Under the pieces are notes generated by a model. That model saw nothing but the letters and a program-made list of their open reading frames with translations, searched no databases and was not told the origin of the DNA. This document shows positions 25,011-37,658 of a DNA stretch of 64,000 bases, one piece after another; position 1 is the stretch's first letter; each line of letters starts with the position of its first letter. The stretch covers positions 2,480,001-2,544,000 of the forward strand of contig CATNEN010000011.1 in NCBI GenBank assembly GCA_950097015.1, in the 5' to 3' direction. The DNA comes from Macrostomum hystrix. Its lineage: Eukaryota > Animalia > Platyhelminthes. Both the position numbers and the translations under genes were made by a program.

Positions 25011-25509
25011 GAGACCGCTATAGTTAACCTTGATTCCTTGATGTGACTCATTAAAATTAAGTATTTCATTCAATCGATAATTAAACTTATGCCTTTGAAG
25101 ACAATAAAAACCAAAGATAATTAGTCCTATATTATGCCTTTTTCCAGTCTAATTGAAGAATTTATGCATGAATTCATAACAAAGGTATGCAAAGGGAATT
25201 ATGGCTGATTCGCACTAAAACAGTGCCTCACAACAGGCGATTACAGAACTTTTTAGTCAAATCTATAATCTACTTATAAAAAGAACAACTTTGCTTAGAA
25301 TTATATAATTCTATTATGTTTTGCGTCTAAAGCAATCTAGCTGTATCATTGAGCTCTGAGTATAGAAACTGGAGAACTAGCTCCCCGCCAAACCCCGGGC
25401 ATATTCATATAACGAACTTGACTATCTATATCAGTAGAAAACTCGAAAATGAGCAGATAAAGTTGAAACATGTTATTGCCTGTAGGCCCTGCTAAGCCGA
25501 GGGTTTATT

Positions 25510-25785
25510 AATATGACACTCCCAAATATCCATAATGACACTCCCAAATATCCATAATGACACTCCCAAATATCCATAATGACACTCCCAAATATCCATA
25601 ATGACACTCCCAAATATCCATAATGACACTCCCAAATATCCATAATGACACTCCTTATCAACCCAAAATGACACTTACCAAATATCCCAAAATTACACTT
25701 ACCAAATATCCCAAAATGACAGTCTCTAATGTCCCAAAATGACAGTCTCTAATGTCCCAAAATGACACTTCCAAATTAATATCCC
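25510..25785. repeat. 22-bp minisatellite (ataatgacactcccaaatatcc)
   Basis: Tandem units, degenerating rightwards and abutting a SINE. Confidence 0.88.
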
Positions 25786-25798
25786 AAAAGATGGGGGG

Positions 25799-26125
25799 CT
25801 CTCGCACCAAGGTCCCTGAGCTCGATTCCGCGGCGAGGCCACATTCATTTAGGGGCGCAGCCGCAGAGGCTTGTTGGCTGGTCGTGCCAACACGACGCCA
25901 ATTCACCTGCAGGGCGCTGTGAAAGTGAGAAAGTCAGGGCAGATGTACACACCTGTGTGAGCGTGTGACAGTGTACAGTATCCGTGTGAGTGTGTACTCA
26001 GGAGTCAGCGAAATGGGCAGAATTGCCTCCTCGCTGGCTGCGAGTCTAGTGTCACCAAATTGTGTGCCATTGCCCGCAGCCCTCCTGCATATTATTATTA
26101 TTATTACGCTCGTATTATTATTAAT
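25799..26125 (+). mobile_element. 5'-truncated tRNA-derived SINE
   Basis: ctctcgcaccaaggtccctgagctcgattccgcggcgaggccac...aaatgggcagaattgcctcctcgctggctgcg...(att)n tail. Homologous to the 40837 copy. Confidence 0.88.
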
Positions 26126-26654
26126 ATCCCACAAAGACACTCGCTAGAATCTGAAAGTGGCACTCCCTAAAAATCTCACGAACAGAAGGAAATTTTCTTA
26201 AGGAATTTATTGCAAGCAAATCTTAAAGTTGCTACACATAATTTTCACTGATCTCTCAATGTATATTCTAGCTAATGCTACAAGCAATGAAAATGATATG
26301 GACCAATTCATGTGTTCAATATAATACCAGCTTATCATGCCACAACGAAGCGAAATCTTAGCCCGACTTATATTTCGTTACTTTATTTTCGAAAACTATG
26401 CTAAAATTCAGGCATGCAGCTTTTGTACTGCATTTCTTAACAGCTGCGACTGTCGGTAATATTTAATAGAGCTGTAGCTAAACTCACTGGAAGTATTTGA
26501 GACATAGATTAGAAATGCGACCGTACAGAGAGAAAAGATAAATAGGCCACATATAGCTAGTTACATTATAAAATATTAGATTATAGCTAGCGAAATTAGA
26601 ACAACTTTTATACATTGTAGCTGCGTGATTTGACCTGTGAGCGATCCGCTAGTT

Positions 26655-27440
26655 GACAGAGTCTGTCTACTCTCTCAGTGTCTGTCTACTCTCTCCGTGT
26701 CTGTCTACTCTCTCCGTGTCTGTCTACTCTCTCAGTGTCTGTCTACTCTCTCAGTGTCTGTCTACTCTCTCAGTGTCTGTCTACTCTCTCAGTGTCTGTC
26801 TACTCTCTCAGTGTCTGTCTGTCTACTCTCTCCCAGTCTGCCTACTCTCTCCGTGTCTGTCTACTCTCTCACTGTCTATCTACTCTCTTAGTGTCTGTCT
26901 ACTCTCTCACAGTGTCTGTCTACTCTCTCACTGTCTATCTACTCTCACAGTGTCCATCCACTCGTGAGAGTAGATACCACAGTGTCTATCTACTCTCTCA
27001 CTGTCTGTCTACTCTCTCCGTGTCTGTCTATTCTCTCACTGTCTATCTACTCTCTTAGCGTCTATCAACACTCTCAGTGTCTGTCTGTCTACTCTCTCCG
27101 TGTCTGTCTACTCTCTCGGTGTCTGTCTACTCTCTCCGTGTCTATCTACTCTCACAGTGTCTATCTACTCTCTCACTGTCTGTCTACTCTCTCAGTGTCT
27201 GTCTACTCTCACAGTGTCTATCTACTCTCACAGTGTCTGTCTACTCTCTCACTGTCTGTCTACTCTCTCAGTGTCTGTCTACTCTCACAGTGTCTATCTA
27301 CTCTCACAGTGTCTGTCTACTCTCTCTCTGTCTATCTACTCCCTTAGTGTCTATCAACTCTCTAAGTGTCTGTCTGTCTACTCTCTCCGGGTCTGTCTAC
27401 TCTCTCAGTGTCTATCTACTCTGTCACTTTATGTCTACTC
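26655..27440. repeat. ~19-bp minisatellite (gtgtctgtctactctctca)
   Basis: Tandem units; source of the CLLSQCLSTL ORFs. Confidence 0.92.
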
Positions 27441-27879
27441 TTTCTTTTTGATAAATAAACTGAAATATAATTTTAGCTGTTAATTAAATACTTCACTACT
27501 TAAAGTAGGCACACTCAGTCAGTATATGCAAATTAAAAAACGTCACTAGTTTATAACGTCAATTTGTTCAGAGCATTTTTGCTGAATAAAAAGTGCAGCT
27601 TTTTAAATATCTTGCAATGCTATCATGGGAACGCCAACATCTTTAGCTTAGAATTATTTTTTTCACAAAGAATTTCGCATGAACAGATAAAAAAGCTATT
27701 GTTATATACACGAAGCAAATGAGATGGAAGTTTCACGTCAATTTTTTTGTTTTGACAGACGGGTCCATTGTTTAACTTATCTTCGAAAGAACTGGGACAG
27801 CTTCCATTAGGCTGGATAAATAGTTGGAATTTTTTGGAAAGCTATTTCCTGAAATCGAGGTCAAGGTGATTTTTAGGCA

Positions 27880-28251
27880 ATGCTGCAATTTTCGCTTCAA
27901 CTAGTTTTGCTATCTGCCAGTGGACTGGCTGGAGTCAATGCAACTTGCGAGACCTACTCAAAGCTGCCAGTCTGTCTGACCGATGTTGTCAACAATCGCA
28001 GCTTCGCGTGGCTTCGAACCATCGCGACGGGGCATCGATCGTTGTCGGAGCTAAGACTGGCTTGCGCAATGGCCTGCGGCTCCTGGTCAGACTGCCTATG
28101 GTTCGACTGCAACAGAACCGATGGCAGCTGCACGATGGGAGCCGCCCAGAGCTTCCATCGGCAGTGGAATTCGTCGTCTTCATCGTGCGGAGCTGACTGC
28201 GGCTGCCTGATGCTCAAGTCAGTGTCTGAATACCACAAGTTATCTGGTTAA
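27880..28251 (+). CDS. Small secreted Cys-rich protein, PAN/apple-like
   Basis: Signal-peptide-like MLQFSLQLVLLSASGLAGVNA. The CAMACGSWSDCLWFDCNRTDGSC pattern resembles the PAN C-x3-C...C..F...C core. Acceptor ttttag| lies 3 nt before the ATG; GC-rich coding composition. Confidence 0.6.
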   Translation: MLQFSLQLVLLSASGLAGVNATCETYSKLPVCLTDVVNNRSFAWLRTIATGHRSLSELRLACAMACGSWSDCLWFDCNRTDGSCTMGAAQSFHRQWNSSSSSCGADCGCLMLKSVSEYHKLSG

Positions 28252-28344
28252 TTAAGCCAACAGCCTACCTAAGTATCTGACTAATCTTGTAATTAACTAG
28301 CTATCCCTATTATTGGGTTCACCATTTTGTTAGTTAAAATGGTA

Positions 28345-28870
28345 CCTAATCCTCGTACCTAATCCTATAATCTACCCAATCCACTAATCTTCCTAATCCT
28401 CTAATCTACCTAATCCTCTTATCTACCTAATCCTTTAATCAAACTAGTCCGATAATTTACCTAGTTTGATAATCTACCTAATCCTATAATCGACCTAATT
28501 CTCTAATCTATCTAATCCTTTAACCTACCTAATCCGATAATCTACCTAATCAGATAATCTACCTATTCCTCTAATCCTCTAATCTACCTAGTCAGATAAT
28601 CCTCTAATCTACCTAATCCTCTAATATACCTAATCATCTAATCTACCTAATCGTCTAATCTACATAATCCGATAATCTACCTAATCATCTAATCTACCTA
28701 ATCATCTAATCTACCTAATCATCTAATCTACCTAATCCGATAATCTATCTAATCCTCTAATCTACCTAATCCTCTAATCTATCTAATCCGATAATCTACC
28801 TAATCAGATAATCTACCTATTCCTCTAATCCTCTAATCTACCTAATCCGATAATCTACCCAATCATCTTA
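28345..28870. repeat. 17-bp minisatellite (ctaatctacctaatcat)
   Basis: Period of 17 (28681 vs 28698). Confidence 0.9.
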
Positions 28871-28890
28871 TCCATCGAGGGGTGTCACGC

Positions 28891-29158
28891 TTTTGCCTCT
28901 CGCACCAAGGTCCCTGAGCTCGATTCCGCGGCGAGAGGCGGAGAGAAGGCTTGGGGGCTTGACACCCTTGAGGGCCAACCTCCAAGGCACAGTGAGAGTG
29001 TGCACTGCCTGACGATGACAAAGTCAGGGCAGATGTACACACCTTTGTGAGCGTGTGCCTGCGTACAGTATCTGTGTGCGTGTGTGCTCAGGAGTCAGCG
29101 AAATGGGCAGAATTGCCTCCTCGCTGGCTGCGGGTCTAGTGTCACCAAATGATGTGCC
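28891..29158 (+). mobile_element. Truncated tRNA-derived SINE copy
   Basis: ttttgcctctcgcaccaaggtccctgagctcgattccgcggcgag...gagggccaacctccaaggcacagtga...gggtctagtgtcaccaaat; lacks the A box and the (att)n tail. Confidence 0.87.
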
Positions 29159-29247
29159 AGTGATCACAAGAATCACAGTGATCCTTTTGAAGAAGCGTAA
29201 TTTCGAAATAACCGAACAACGATATGAACAGAAAAAAACATCTGTAG

Positions 29248-29455
29248 GTCCATCGCCTCTGATCTGGCTGTCTGGGGCAAAAACTATGGCATCAATGCGT
29301 TGCTGTATGAAAAACTGCGCGAAATCTACAACGCCAGTAGTGGTAGCAACTATTCGATTGGAACGCTTGCCACACCAATAAGTGGAGGCGGCGGCGGCAG
29401 CGGCAGCGGCGGCGGCGGCGGCGGAAGAGGAAAAAAAAGTTGCGTCATTTTGTAG
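29248..29455 (+). CDS. Probable terminal coding exon ending in a CaaX box (upstream exons not found)
   Basis: After ctgtag| the frame reads SIASDLAVWGKNYGINALLYEKLREIYNASSGSNYSIGTLATPISGGGGGSGSGGGGGGRGKKSCVIL* (TAG 29453-29455). It is not in the ORF track. Confidence 0.5.
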
Positions 29456-29609
29456 TCGTGACCAGCACAGCCTATTGACGGACTTAACTGTGAAAAAAAA
29501 TCTTTTCGTTTTTAGATTTAGTAGGCAAAATGACAGCCAAGGAATGTAAACTGCCGTCACTCAATTACAGGTGGACAGGAGAACGTTTAAGTCTCCAGGA
29601 AATAGGACG

Positions 29610-31115
29610 CCAACCCCTCAAACTTCAGGAAACCTGACACCAACCCACTCAAACTTCAGGAAACCTGACACCAACCCCTCAAACTTCAGGAAACCTGACA
29701 CCAACCCACTCAAACTTCAGGAAACCTGACACCAACCTACTCAAACTTCAGGAAACCTGACACCAACCCACTCAAACTTCAGGGAACCTGACACCAACCC
29801 ACTCAAACTTCAGGGAACCTGACACCAACCCACTCAAACTTCAGGAAACCTGACACCAACCCACTCAAACTTCAGGGAACCTGACACCAACCCCTCAAAC
29901 TTCAGGGAACCTGACACCAACCCACTCAAACTTCAGGGAACCTGACACCAACCCACTCAAACTTCAGGGAACCTGACACCAACCCACTCAAACTTCAGGG
30001 AACCTGACACCAACCCACTCAAACTTCAGGGAACCTGACACCAACCCACTCAAACTTCAGGGAACCTGACACAAACCCACTCAAACTTCAGGAAACCTGA
30101 CACCAACCCACTCAAACTTCAGGAAACCTGACACAAACCTACTCAAACTTCAGGAAACCTGACACCAACCCACTCAAACTTCAGGAAACCTGACACCAAC
30201 CCACTCAAACATCAGGAAACCTGACACCAACCCACTCAAACTTCAGGAAACCTGACACAAACCCACTCAAACTTCAGGAAACCTGACACCAACCCACTCA
30301 AACATCAGGGAACCTGACACCAACCCACTCAAACATCAGGGAACCTGACACCAACCCACTCAAACTTCAGGGAACCTGACACCAACCCACTCAAACATCA
30401 GGGAACCTGACACCAACCCACTCAAACATCAGGGAACCTGACACCAACCCACTCAAACTTCAGGGAACCTGACACCAACCCACTCAAACTTCAGGGAACC
30501 TGACACTAACCCACTCAAACTTCAGGGAAACTGACACCAACCCACTCAAACTTCAGGAAACCTGACACCAACCCCTCAAACTTCAGGAAACCTGACACCA
30601 ACCCACTCAAACTTCAGGAAACCTGACACCAACCCACTCAAACTTCAGGGAACCTGACACCAACCCACTCAAACTTCAGGGAACCTGACACCAACCCACT
30701 CAAACTTTAGGAAACCTGACACCAACCCACTCAAACTTCAGGGAACCTGACACCAACCCACTCAAACTTCAGGGAACCTGACACCAACCCACTCAAACTT
30801 TAGGAAACCTGACACCAACCCACTCAAACTTCAGGGAACCCGACACCAACCCCCTCAAACTTCAGGGAACCTGACACCAACCCACTCAAACTTCAGGGAA
30901 CCTGACACCAACCCACTCAAACTTCAGGAAACCTGACACCAACCCACTCAAACTTCAGGGAATCGGACGCCAATCCCCTCAAACTTCAGGGAACCTGACG
31001 CCAACCCACTCAAACTTCAGGGAACCTGACACCAACCCACTCAAACTTCAGGGAATCGGACGCCAATCCCCTCAAACTTCAGGGAATCGGACGCCAATCC
31101 CCTCAAACTTCAGGG
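29610..31115. repeat. 31-bp minisatellite (cctgacaccaacccactcaaacttcagggaa)
   Basis: About 48 tandem units. Confidence 0.97.
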
Positions 31116-31389
31116 CCCCAAAAGTTTTCAAATTACCGTTTTTGAAAGCAATTTTTCTAAAGCGCTTTTAAGTAAGACAGAAAGACAATTTCATTCAATT
31201 TTCAGCAACAAAAAATACAAACAAATTGTATAATTTGGATTGTGAATTAAATTAGTACATTTGTTTTTTTCCAAATAATAAAATTAAAAATAGGTGAGAT
31301 AAAAGTGTTGGATGGTTAACAATGTTTTTCCGAAGCAAAAAAATCGACATTTTATAATATTTTGTCAGCCTGCAGTCTAAGAACAGCAG

Positions 31390-31740
31390 TCTAACAGGTA
31401 AACACCAAGTTAAACTGGTAACCACCCTTGTCTAAGTGGTAAACACCCGGTTAAACAGGTAACCACTCCAGTCTAACAGGTAACCACTCCAGTCTAACAG
31501 GTAACCACTCCAGTCTAACAGGTAACCACCTTAGTCAAAGTGGTAAACACCCGGTTAAAGAGGTAACCACTCCAGTCTAACAGGTAAACACCCGGTTAAA
31601 CAGGTAACCACCCTAGTCTAACAGGTAAACACCCGGTTAAACAGGTAAAAACCCGGCAAAACAGGTAACCACCCTATTCTAACTGGTAAACACCCGGTTA
31701 AACAGGTAACCACCCTAGTCTAACAGGTTACCACTCCAGT
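31390..31740. repeat. ~21-bp degenerate minisatellite (aacaggtaaccactccagtct)
   Basis: Tandem units immediately downstream of the Rab11-FIP stop codon. Confidence 0.8.
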
Positions 31741-31781
31741 GAGTGAAAAAGATGAGTAGCTTTTCACTGACATTGAACAGT

Positions 31782-33209
31782 TTATCGTGGCGATGCCAAA
31801 CGACCACTCGACGTGGCGGCCGACTGATCCAACAACCCCAGACTGCCATTGTCAATTATCTTAACCTGTAGGCGGTCGATAAATGTTTTCAATTCCGAAA
31901 TTCGCGACTCCAATTCGAGCTGTTTCTTTTCGGAGCGACTTTCGGCAGCCAGTGCGGCTGACCTCGCCTCCAGCAGCCTGTCGAAGGTCTCCTGCAGGCG
32001 CTGCTGAAGCCGGGAATTCTCTTCAGCAGCGCTGCGCAGTTGCTGCTCAAACAGCTGGTTGCTTTGCACCAGCTGAAACTGCCGGCGCTGGAGCTCCGCA
32101 ATCTGGTCCTCCAACCGCTGTCTGTCCCGCCTGTTCTGCTCAGCTTCCAGCTGCTCCTGCTCGGCCTTCTTTCGTCGCCGCAGCTGCTTTCGCCTGCTGA
32201 CGCGGGTCCCAGCCAGGCTGAGAATGCTCAGCCATTTCCTCTGTCTGCCATGCAGATTGGATGTTGGTGTCAGAATTTCAATTGGCTCTTGAACCGTTGA
32301 ATCTCTGATGCTTTCTGTTGCTATGGCAACGGTTAAAGACGAGCTCGCCTGATGAAGAGCAGGCAGTTCTAGGCGTGTCGGCATGGACCAAGGCGTATGA
32401 GCTAATGTATTGAAAACCATTGAGCATAGAATGAATGCCTGTCTCTCGTAAAAACTTCCTAGCTTAAAAATTATATAACTATGGAGAGGAGAGGAGAGGA
32501 GAGGAGAGGAGAGGAGGGGAGATGGGAGGAGATGAGAGGAGGGGAGAGTAGAAGAGAGGAGAGAAGAGAAGAGGAGAGGAGGGGAGAAGAGAGGAGAGGA
32601 GATGAGAGGAGAGGAGATGAGAGGAGAGGAGATGAGAGGAGAGGAGAGGAGATGAGAGGAGAGGAGATGAGAGGAGGGGAGAGGAGAGGAGAGGAGATGA
32701 GAGGAGGGGAGAGTAGAAGAGAGGAGAGAAGCGGAGAGGAGAGGAAAAGAGAGAAGAGGACAAGAGAAGGAAGCAGAGTAGAGAAGGGAAAGTTCAGGTT
32801 TGCCAAAGTTCAGGGAATGCCACTCATCCAAGAAGGAGAACATATCATACAGCATCCGTGATCCAATATCAACGACTGTAAACCACGAGTTTCAGGAATA
32901 GTGGAAGCTGCCTGTCGCTGTCTGAGTATGCTGAGCTTTTCCTCGAAATCTCTACTCAAATCTTGACAGCGTCTCTCGACGGTCTCCATAGCGCGGTCAG
33001 CGTCGAGTTCTTCGACCTCGAGCGGTGCGGCGAGATTCGCCATAGACATCCAAGGCTTCTCGTTGACGGCGTCGCTTCTGCTTTGAGTAGGTCTGTCGCG
33101 TCCTCTGCAGATTCGTCTGCGCAAAGATTTAACGAGCGGCATGAGACCGCCACTGTCGTTGGAGCTCGTCGTCATGTTCAGGTGCGGCGTACTCAAAGAT
33201 CTTGGCGGT

Positions 33210-33251
<42 letters not shown>

Positions 33252-35210
33252 CTTAGCTGCTCGTCAGTTGTCTCCCAGTGCAGCCAGCATTTCAAATAGA
33301 CGACCCCAGGCGGACATTCGGCGCCGCGTCGCATCGGTTCCAGACTGAGGCAGCGCTCTTCAGCGTCGAGTGAAGCCTCGGAGCAAAGGGACAGCTCAGA
33401 CATCGGCACGGTCACCTGACCTACTGGGCTATCGCGGCACAGAATGCGAATCCGAATTTTATTCAACTTCTCCAGGTGTCGACTCCGCCGATGCTGTTCT
33501 CGATGCTGTTGACTTAGTGAACTGTAAATGACAAGTAACTTTCAGATGTACGTATACGGCTCCTAGTCACTCCCTAGAGTCCCTCCCTAGAATCACTCCC
33601 TAGAGTCAATCCCTAGAGTCACTCCCTAGAATCACTCTCTAGAATCACTCCCTAGAGTCACTCCCTAGAATCACTCCCTAGAATCACTCCCTAGAGTCAC
33701 TCTCTACAATCACTGTTTAGAATCACTCTCTAGAGTCACTCCCTAGAATCACTCCTTAGAATCACTCCCTAGAGTCACTCTCTAGAATCACTCCCTAGAG
33801 TCACTCCCTAGAATCACTGTCTAGAATCACTCTCTAGAGTCACTCCCTAGAATCACTCTCTAGAGTCACTCTTAGTGGACTGTAAATGAGAAGTACTTTC
33901 AAATGTACATTTGAGCTACTCATCTCATACAGCTCAATGGTGTTCCAGTTAGTTTGAAAGTTTTACAATTTGTTCAAATAATATTATAATACTCGTAGCA
34001 TCTTTCATTTCGATTTTTAATCGAAATTGCTAATCATTGATAAATAAAAAATATTCGTCAAAATTTGCACCCTTTCTCATACACTCAGATTACTTACAAT
34101 GTGGCAGTTGTATTCCAGATCGGATTGCCATTGGCTGCTTCAACATCAACTGGAGAAATTTGCCTATCATTGCCGAGACAAATCAGCACTCGCCACCTGG
34201 CGGTTCGGCTTCTTACTGAAATTTTCCAAGCAGTAACACATTCGCACACTGCACTACTCACAATTAGTAGACTTATATGAGCATTTTCAGTTTGCAAACG
34301 CATTTAAGAACTTACAAAATGGTGAGTGCTTAGCTCGAAGTCCACTGCCGCGATACACTGAAACAGTTTTATGATGAAAACAAACTTGCACATTACTTAT
34401 TGGATTACTTAGTAGAGTCACTCCCTGGAGTCACTCTCTAGGATCACAATCTAGAGTCACTCTCTAGATTCACACCCTAAAGTCACTCCCTAGAGTCTCT
34501 CTCTAGATTCTTCTCACTAGAATCACTCCCTAGAGTCACTCTCTAAAGTCAGCCACTAGAGTCACTCCCTAGAGTCACTCCCTGGAGTCACTCCCTAGAG
34601 TCAATCTCTAGAATCACTCCCTAGAGTCACTCCCTAGAATCACTCCCTAGAATCACTCCCTAGAATCACTCTCTAGAGTCACTCCCTAGAATCACTCCCT
34701 AGAATCACTCTCTAGAATCACTCCCTAGAATCACTCCCTAGAATCACTCTCTAGAATCACTCCCTAGAATCACTCCCTAGAATCACTCTCTAGAATCAAC
34801 TCGCTAGAATCACTCTCTAGAGTCACTCTCTAGAATCACTCCCTAGAGTCACTCCCTAGAGTCACTCTCTAGAATCACTCCCTAGAATCACTCTCTAGAG
34901 TCACTCTCTAGAATCACTCCCTAGAATCACTCTCTAGAATCACTCCCTAGAATCACTCTCTAGAATCACTCCCTAGAATCACTCTCTAGAGTCACTCTCT
35001 AGAATCACTCTCTAGAATCACTCTCTAGAGTCACTCCCTAGAATCACTCTCTAGAGTCACTCCCTAGAATCACTCCCTAGAGTCACTCCCTAGAATCACT
35101 CTCGAGAGTCACTCTCTAGAATCACTCTCTAGAATCACTCCCTAGAGCCAGTTTAACAAACACTCACCAACGACTGTCACAGCTGGGTGCTGATGTCCGA
35201 AATAGTTCAT
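31782..35210 (-). CDS. Class I Rab11 family-interacting protein (C2 + coiled coil + FIP-RBD); exons 35168-35210, 34316-34357, 34098-34215, 32851-33521, 31782-32401
   Basis: The spliced product (497 aa) begins with a C2 domain (VTVVVYRGSGLRAK...VLICLG...NPIWN...VGQVTVPM...GVVYLKC) and ends RISELKTFIDRLQVKIID, matching the FIP-RBD (RELEDYIDNLLVRVME). All four junctions are GT-AG and phase-consistent. Confidence 0.85.
32482..32800. repeat. Polypurine (gagag/aggag)n tract in Rab11-FIP last intron
   Basis: Low-complexity GA repeat; source of the SSPLL / ERRG ORFs. Confidence 0.9.
33565..33870. repeat. 13-bp minisatellite (ctagaatcactcc) in Rab11-FIP intron 3
   Basis: Tandem units. Confidence 0.9.
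34415..35147. repeat. 13-bp minisatellite (ctagaatcactcc) in Rab11-FIP intron 1
   Basis: Same unit and orientation as the intron 3 array. Confidence 0.92.
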
Positions 35211-35599
35211 TTTTATCGCTTCTACTTAGACTCAACGAATGCCCAAACGAAGTAAAATAATTTCGGAATAAATTTTAACCTACGCAAAAAAGCCAGCTTT
35301 ATATAGCTACGAGAAATAATATCCAGGTGCTGCTAGCACATGGATCGATGCTGTGCTTTTGTTTGGATACATCAAGCTATGCATAGAAGCTTTTGTGAGT
35401 CAGCTTGATATATATTTAGCGCTGTGCAAATAGAAATTTCTGAATAAAAATAATTAATTAGTTCCATTTCGCTAAGCTTGTGCTAATCACCAGTCTAATG
35501 CCGTGTATCGCATTGCAGCATTGCTACTTGGTCGAACATGTGCTGTTCTAAGTTACACGGCTTGCATATTTGAAATGCAGCCCAGCAGCTGTCTCTAAC

Positions 35600-36565
35600 G
35601 CCCTAAATCTCATCAACTCCCTACATCTCTTCAACTCCCTACATCTCTCTAACTCCCTACATCTCTCTAACGCCCTACATTTCATTAACTCCCTACATCT
35701 CTCTAACTCCCTACATCTCTCTAACTCCTTACATCTATCTAACTCCTTACATCTCTCTAACTCCCTACATCTCTCTAACTCCCTACATCTCTCTATAAAC
35801 TCCCTACATCTCTCTATAAACTCCCTACATCTCTCTAACTCCTTACATCTCTCTAACTTCTTACATCTCTCTAACTCCCTACATCTCTCTATAAACTCCC
35901 TACATCTCTCTAACTCCTTACATCTCTCTAACTTCTTACATCTCTCTAACTCCCTACATCTCTCTATAAACTCCCTACATCTCTCTAACTCCTTACATCT
36001 CTCTAACTCCTTACATCTCTCTAACTCCCTACATCTCTCTAACTCCCTACATCTCTCTAACTCCCTACATCTCTCTAACTCCTTACATCTCTCTAACTCC
36101 TTACATCTCTCTAACTCCTTACATCTCTCTAACGCCCTACATCTCTTTAACTCCCTACATCTCTCTAACTCCCTACATCTCTCTAACTCCTTACATCTCT
36201 CTAACTCCTTACATCTCTCTAACTCCTTACATCTCTCTAACTCCTTACATCTTTCTAACTCCCTACATCTCTCTAACTCCTTACATCTCTCTAACTCCTT
36301 ACATCTCTCTAACTCCCTACATCTCTCTAACTCCCTACATCTCTCTAACGCCCTACATCTCTTTGACTCCCTACATCCCATCTCTCTAACTCCCTACAAT
36401 TACCTAACTCCCTAAATCTCTTTAACTCTCTACATCTCTCTAACGCCCTACATCTCTCTAACGCCCTACATCTCTCTAACGCCCTACATTTCTTTAACTC
36501 CCTACATCTCTCTAATGCCCTACAATTCTCTAACGCCCTACATCTCTCTAACTCCCTACATCTCA
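35600..36565. repeat. 18-bp minisatellite (actccctacatctctcta)
   Basis: Tandem units; source of the SNSLHL / ELERC ORFs. Confidence 0.95.
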
Positions 36566-37658
36566 CCACCTCTCTAAATCCGTCGAAATCCTGGCCAGAA
36601 AACAGATAGAAAGCTAGTCCGGTAAATTGGTAATCGATAAATCAGAGATTTGGGAGAAATAGTCTGTTGCAAAGAACGACTTGTGTGGCAATCCATACGT
36701 GCCTCATCACGTATAGGGAGATTATGCATGTTGATAAATCCCTAACTCAGATATAGACAATTTCATACCTCGTTGATTTCTCAGTTTGGGAAACTCGATA
36801 TTTATATATAACTTATGCATATAGTGCGTGAGGAGGCCCAATGTCTCCAGTGTTGACCCTGTGTGACCCTGTACATATAGTGCTGGCACACTTCACTGGA
36901 TTGTCAGGCAAAATTGCCATCTGTCATTCTACTGTGTGCGTCCGTGGGTTTTGTCGCCTAAAGTCTCACAGGAATTAGATTTCCGCACTTTCAAACTAAG
37001 TCGCCATATTAAGAAATTGAGCTGGTAAATAGCTTTTGAGCACTATTTATATTTATTGTATCATATTTTTATTACGTTAGAAAAAAACTGTTCATTAATG
37101 TGTACTAAAAACGAACACATAAATGTATAACACGAACTATTCTATTCTTAGAATCACTTGCAAGAATCGTTACTCGCATAGATCGCAAATTAAAGATAAA
37201 AATACTTAAAGAATTACTGCAGCGAATCAAAAGTATCAATAAGTGAAATTTGAATTCGCGGCAAATCTATTAGTGTTTTAACAAACGACTAAACGACAAA
37301 ACTGGAAAATTACTAAAGGTACGAAACAAAAAGCCTCCTCTTGCTATGAGCTCGCTAGACAATGTGAAATGTAAGACATTTAAACTGAGTTTTTGGTGAT
37401 TATTTCTTGGACGAAGACTTAAGGATTAAAATTAAAACAACAACAATCATAATAAACAGTAATTCTGTGTCTAATTTTGCTCACTTCAAGTGCGAAACTC
37501 AATATATCATTAATCAGAAGCTTTAATTTGAAACTAAAAAGTTTTTGTAGCTTTGAGAACAATCTTATACTAAAGGTACTCAATAACCTCGAAAGTTTTC
37601 AAACCCCAAATGTCAGTCGCAATCCTGTCTCAGAATCCAATAAGACCAACGCTATTGC

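Noticed and set aside
35548-36569. ELERC / SNSLHL repeat proteins
   Set aside because: 18-bp satellite; open frames arise from the unit length being a multiple of 3.
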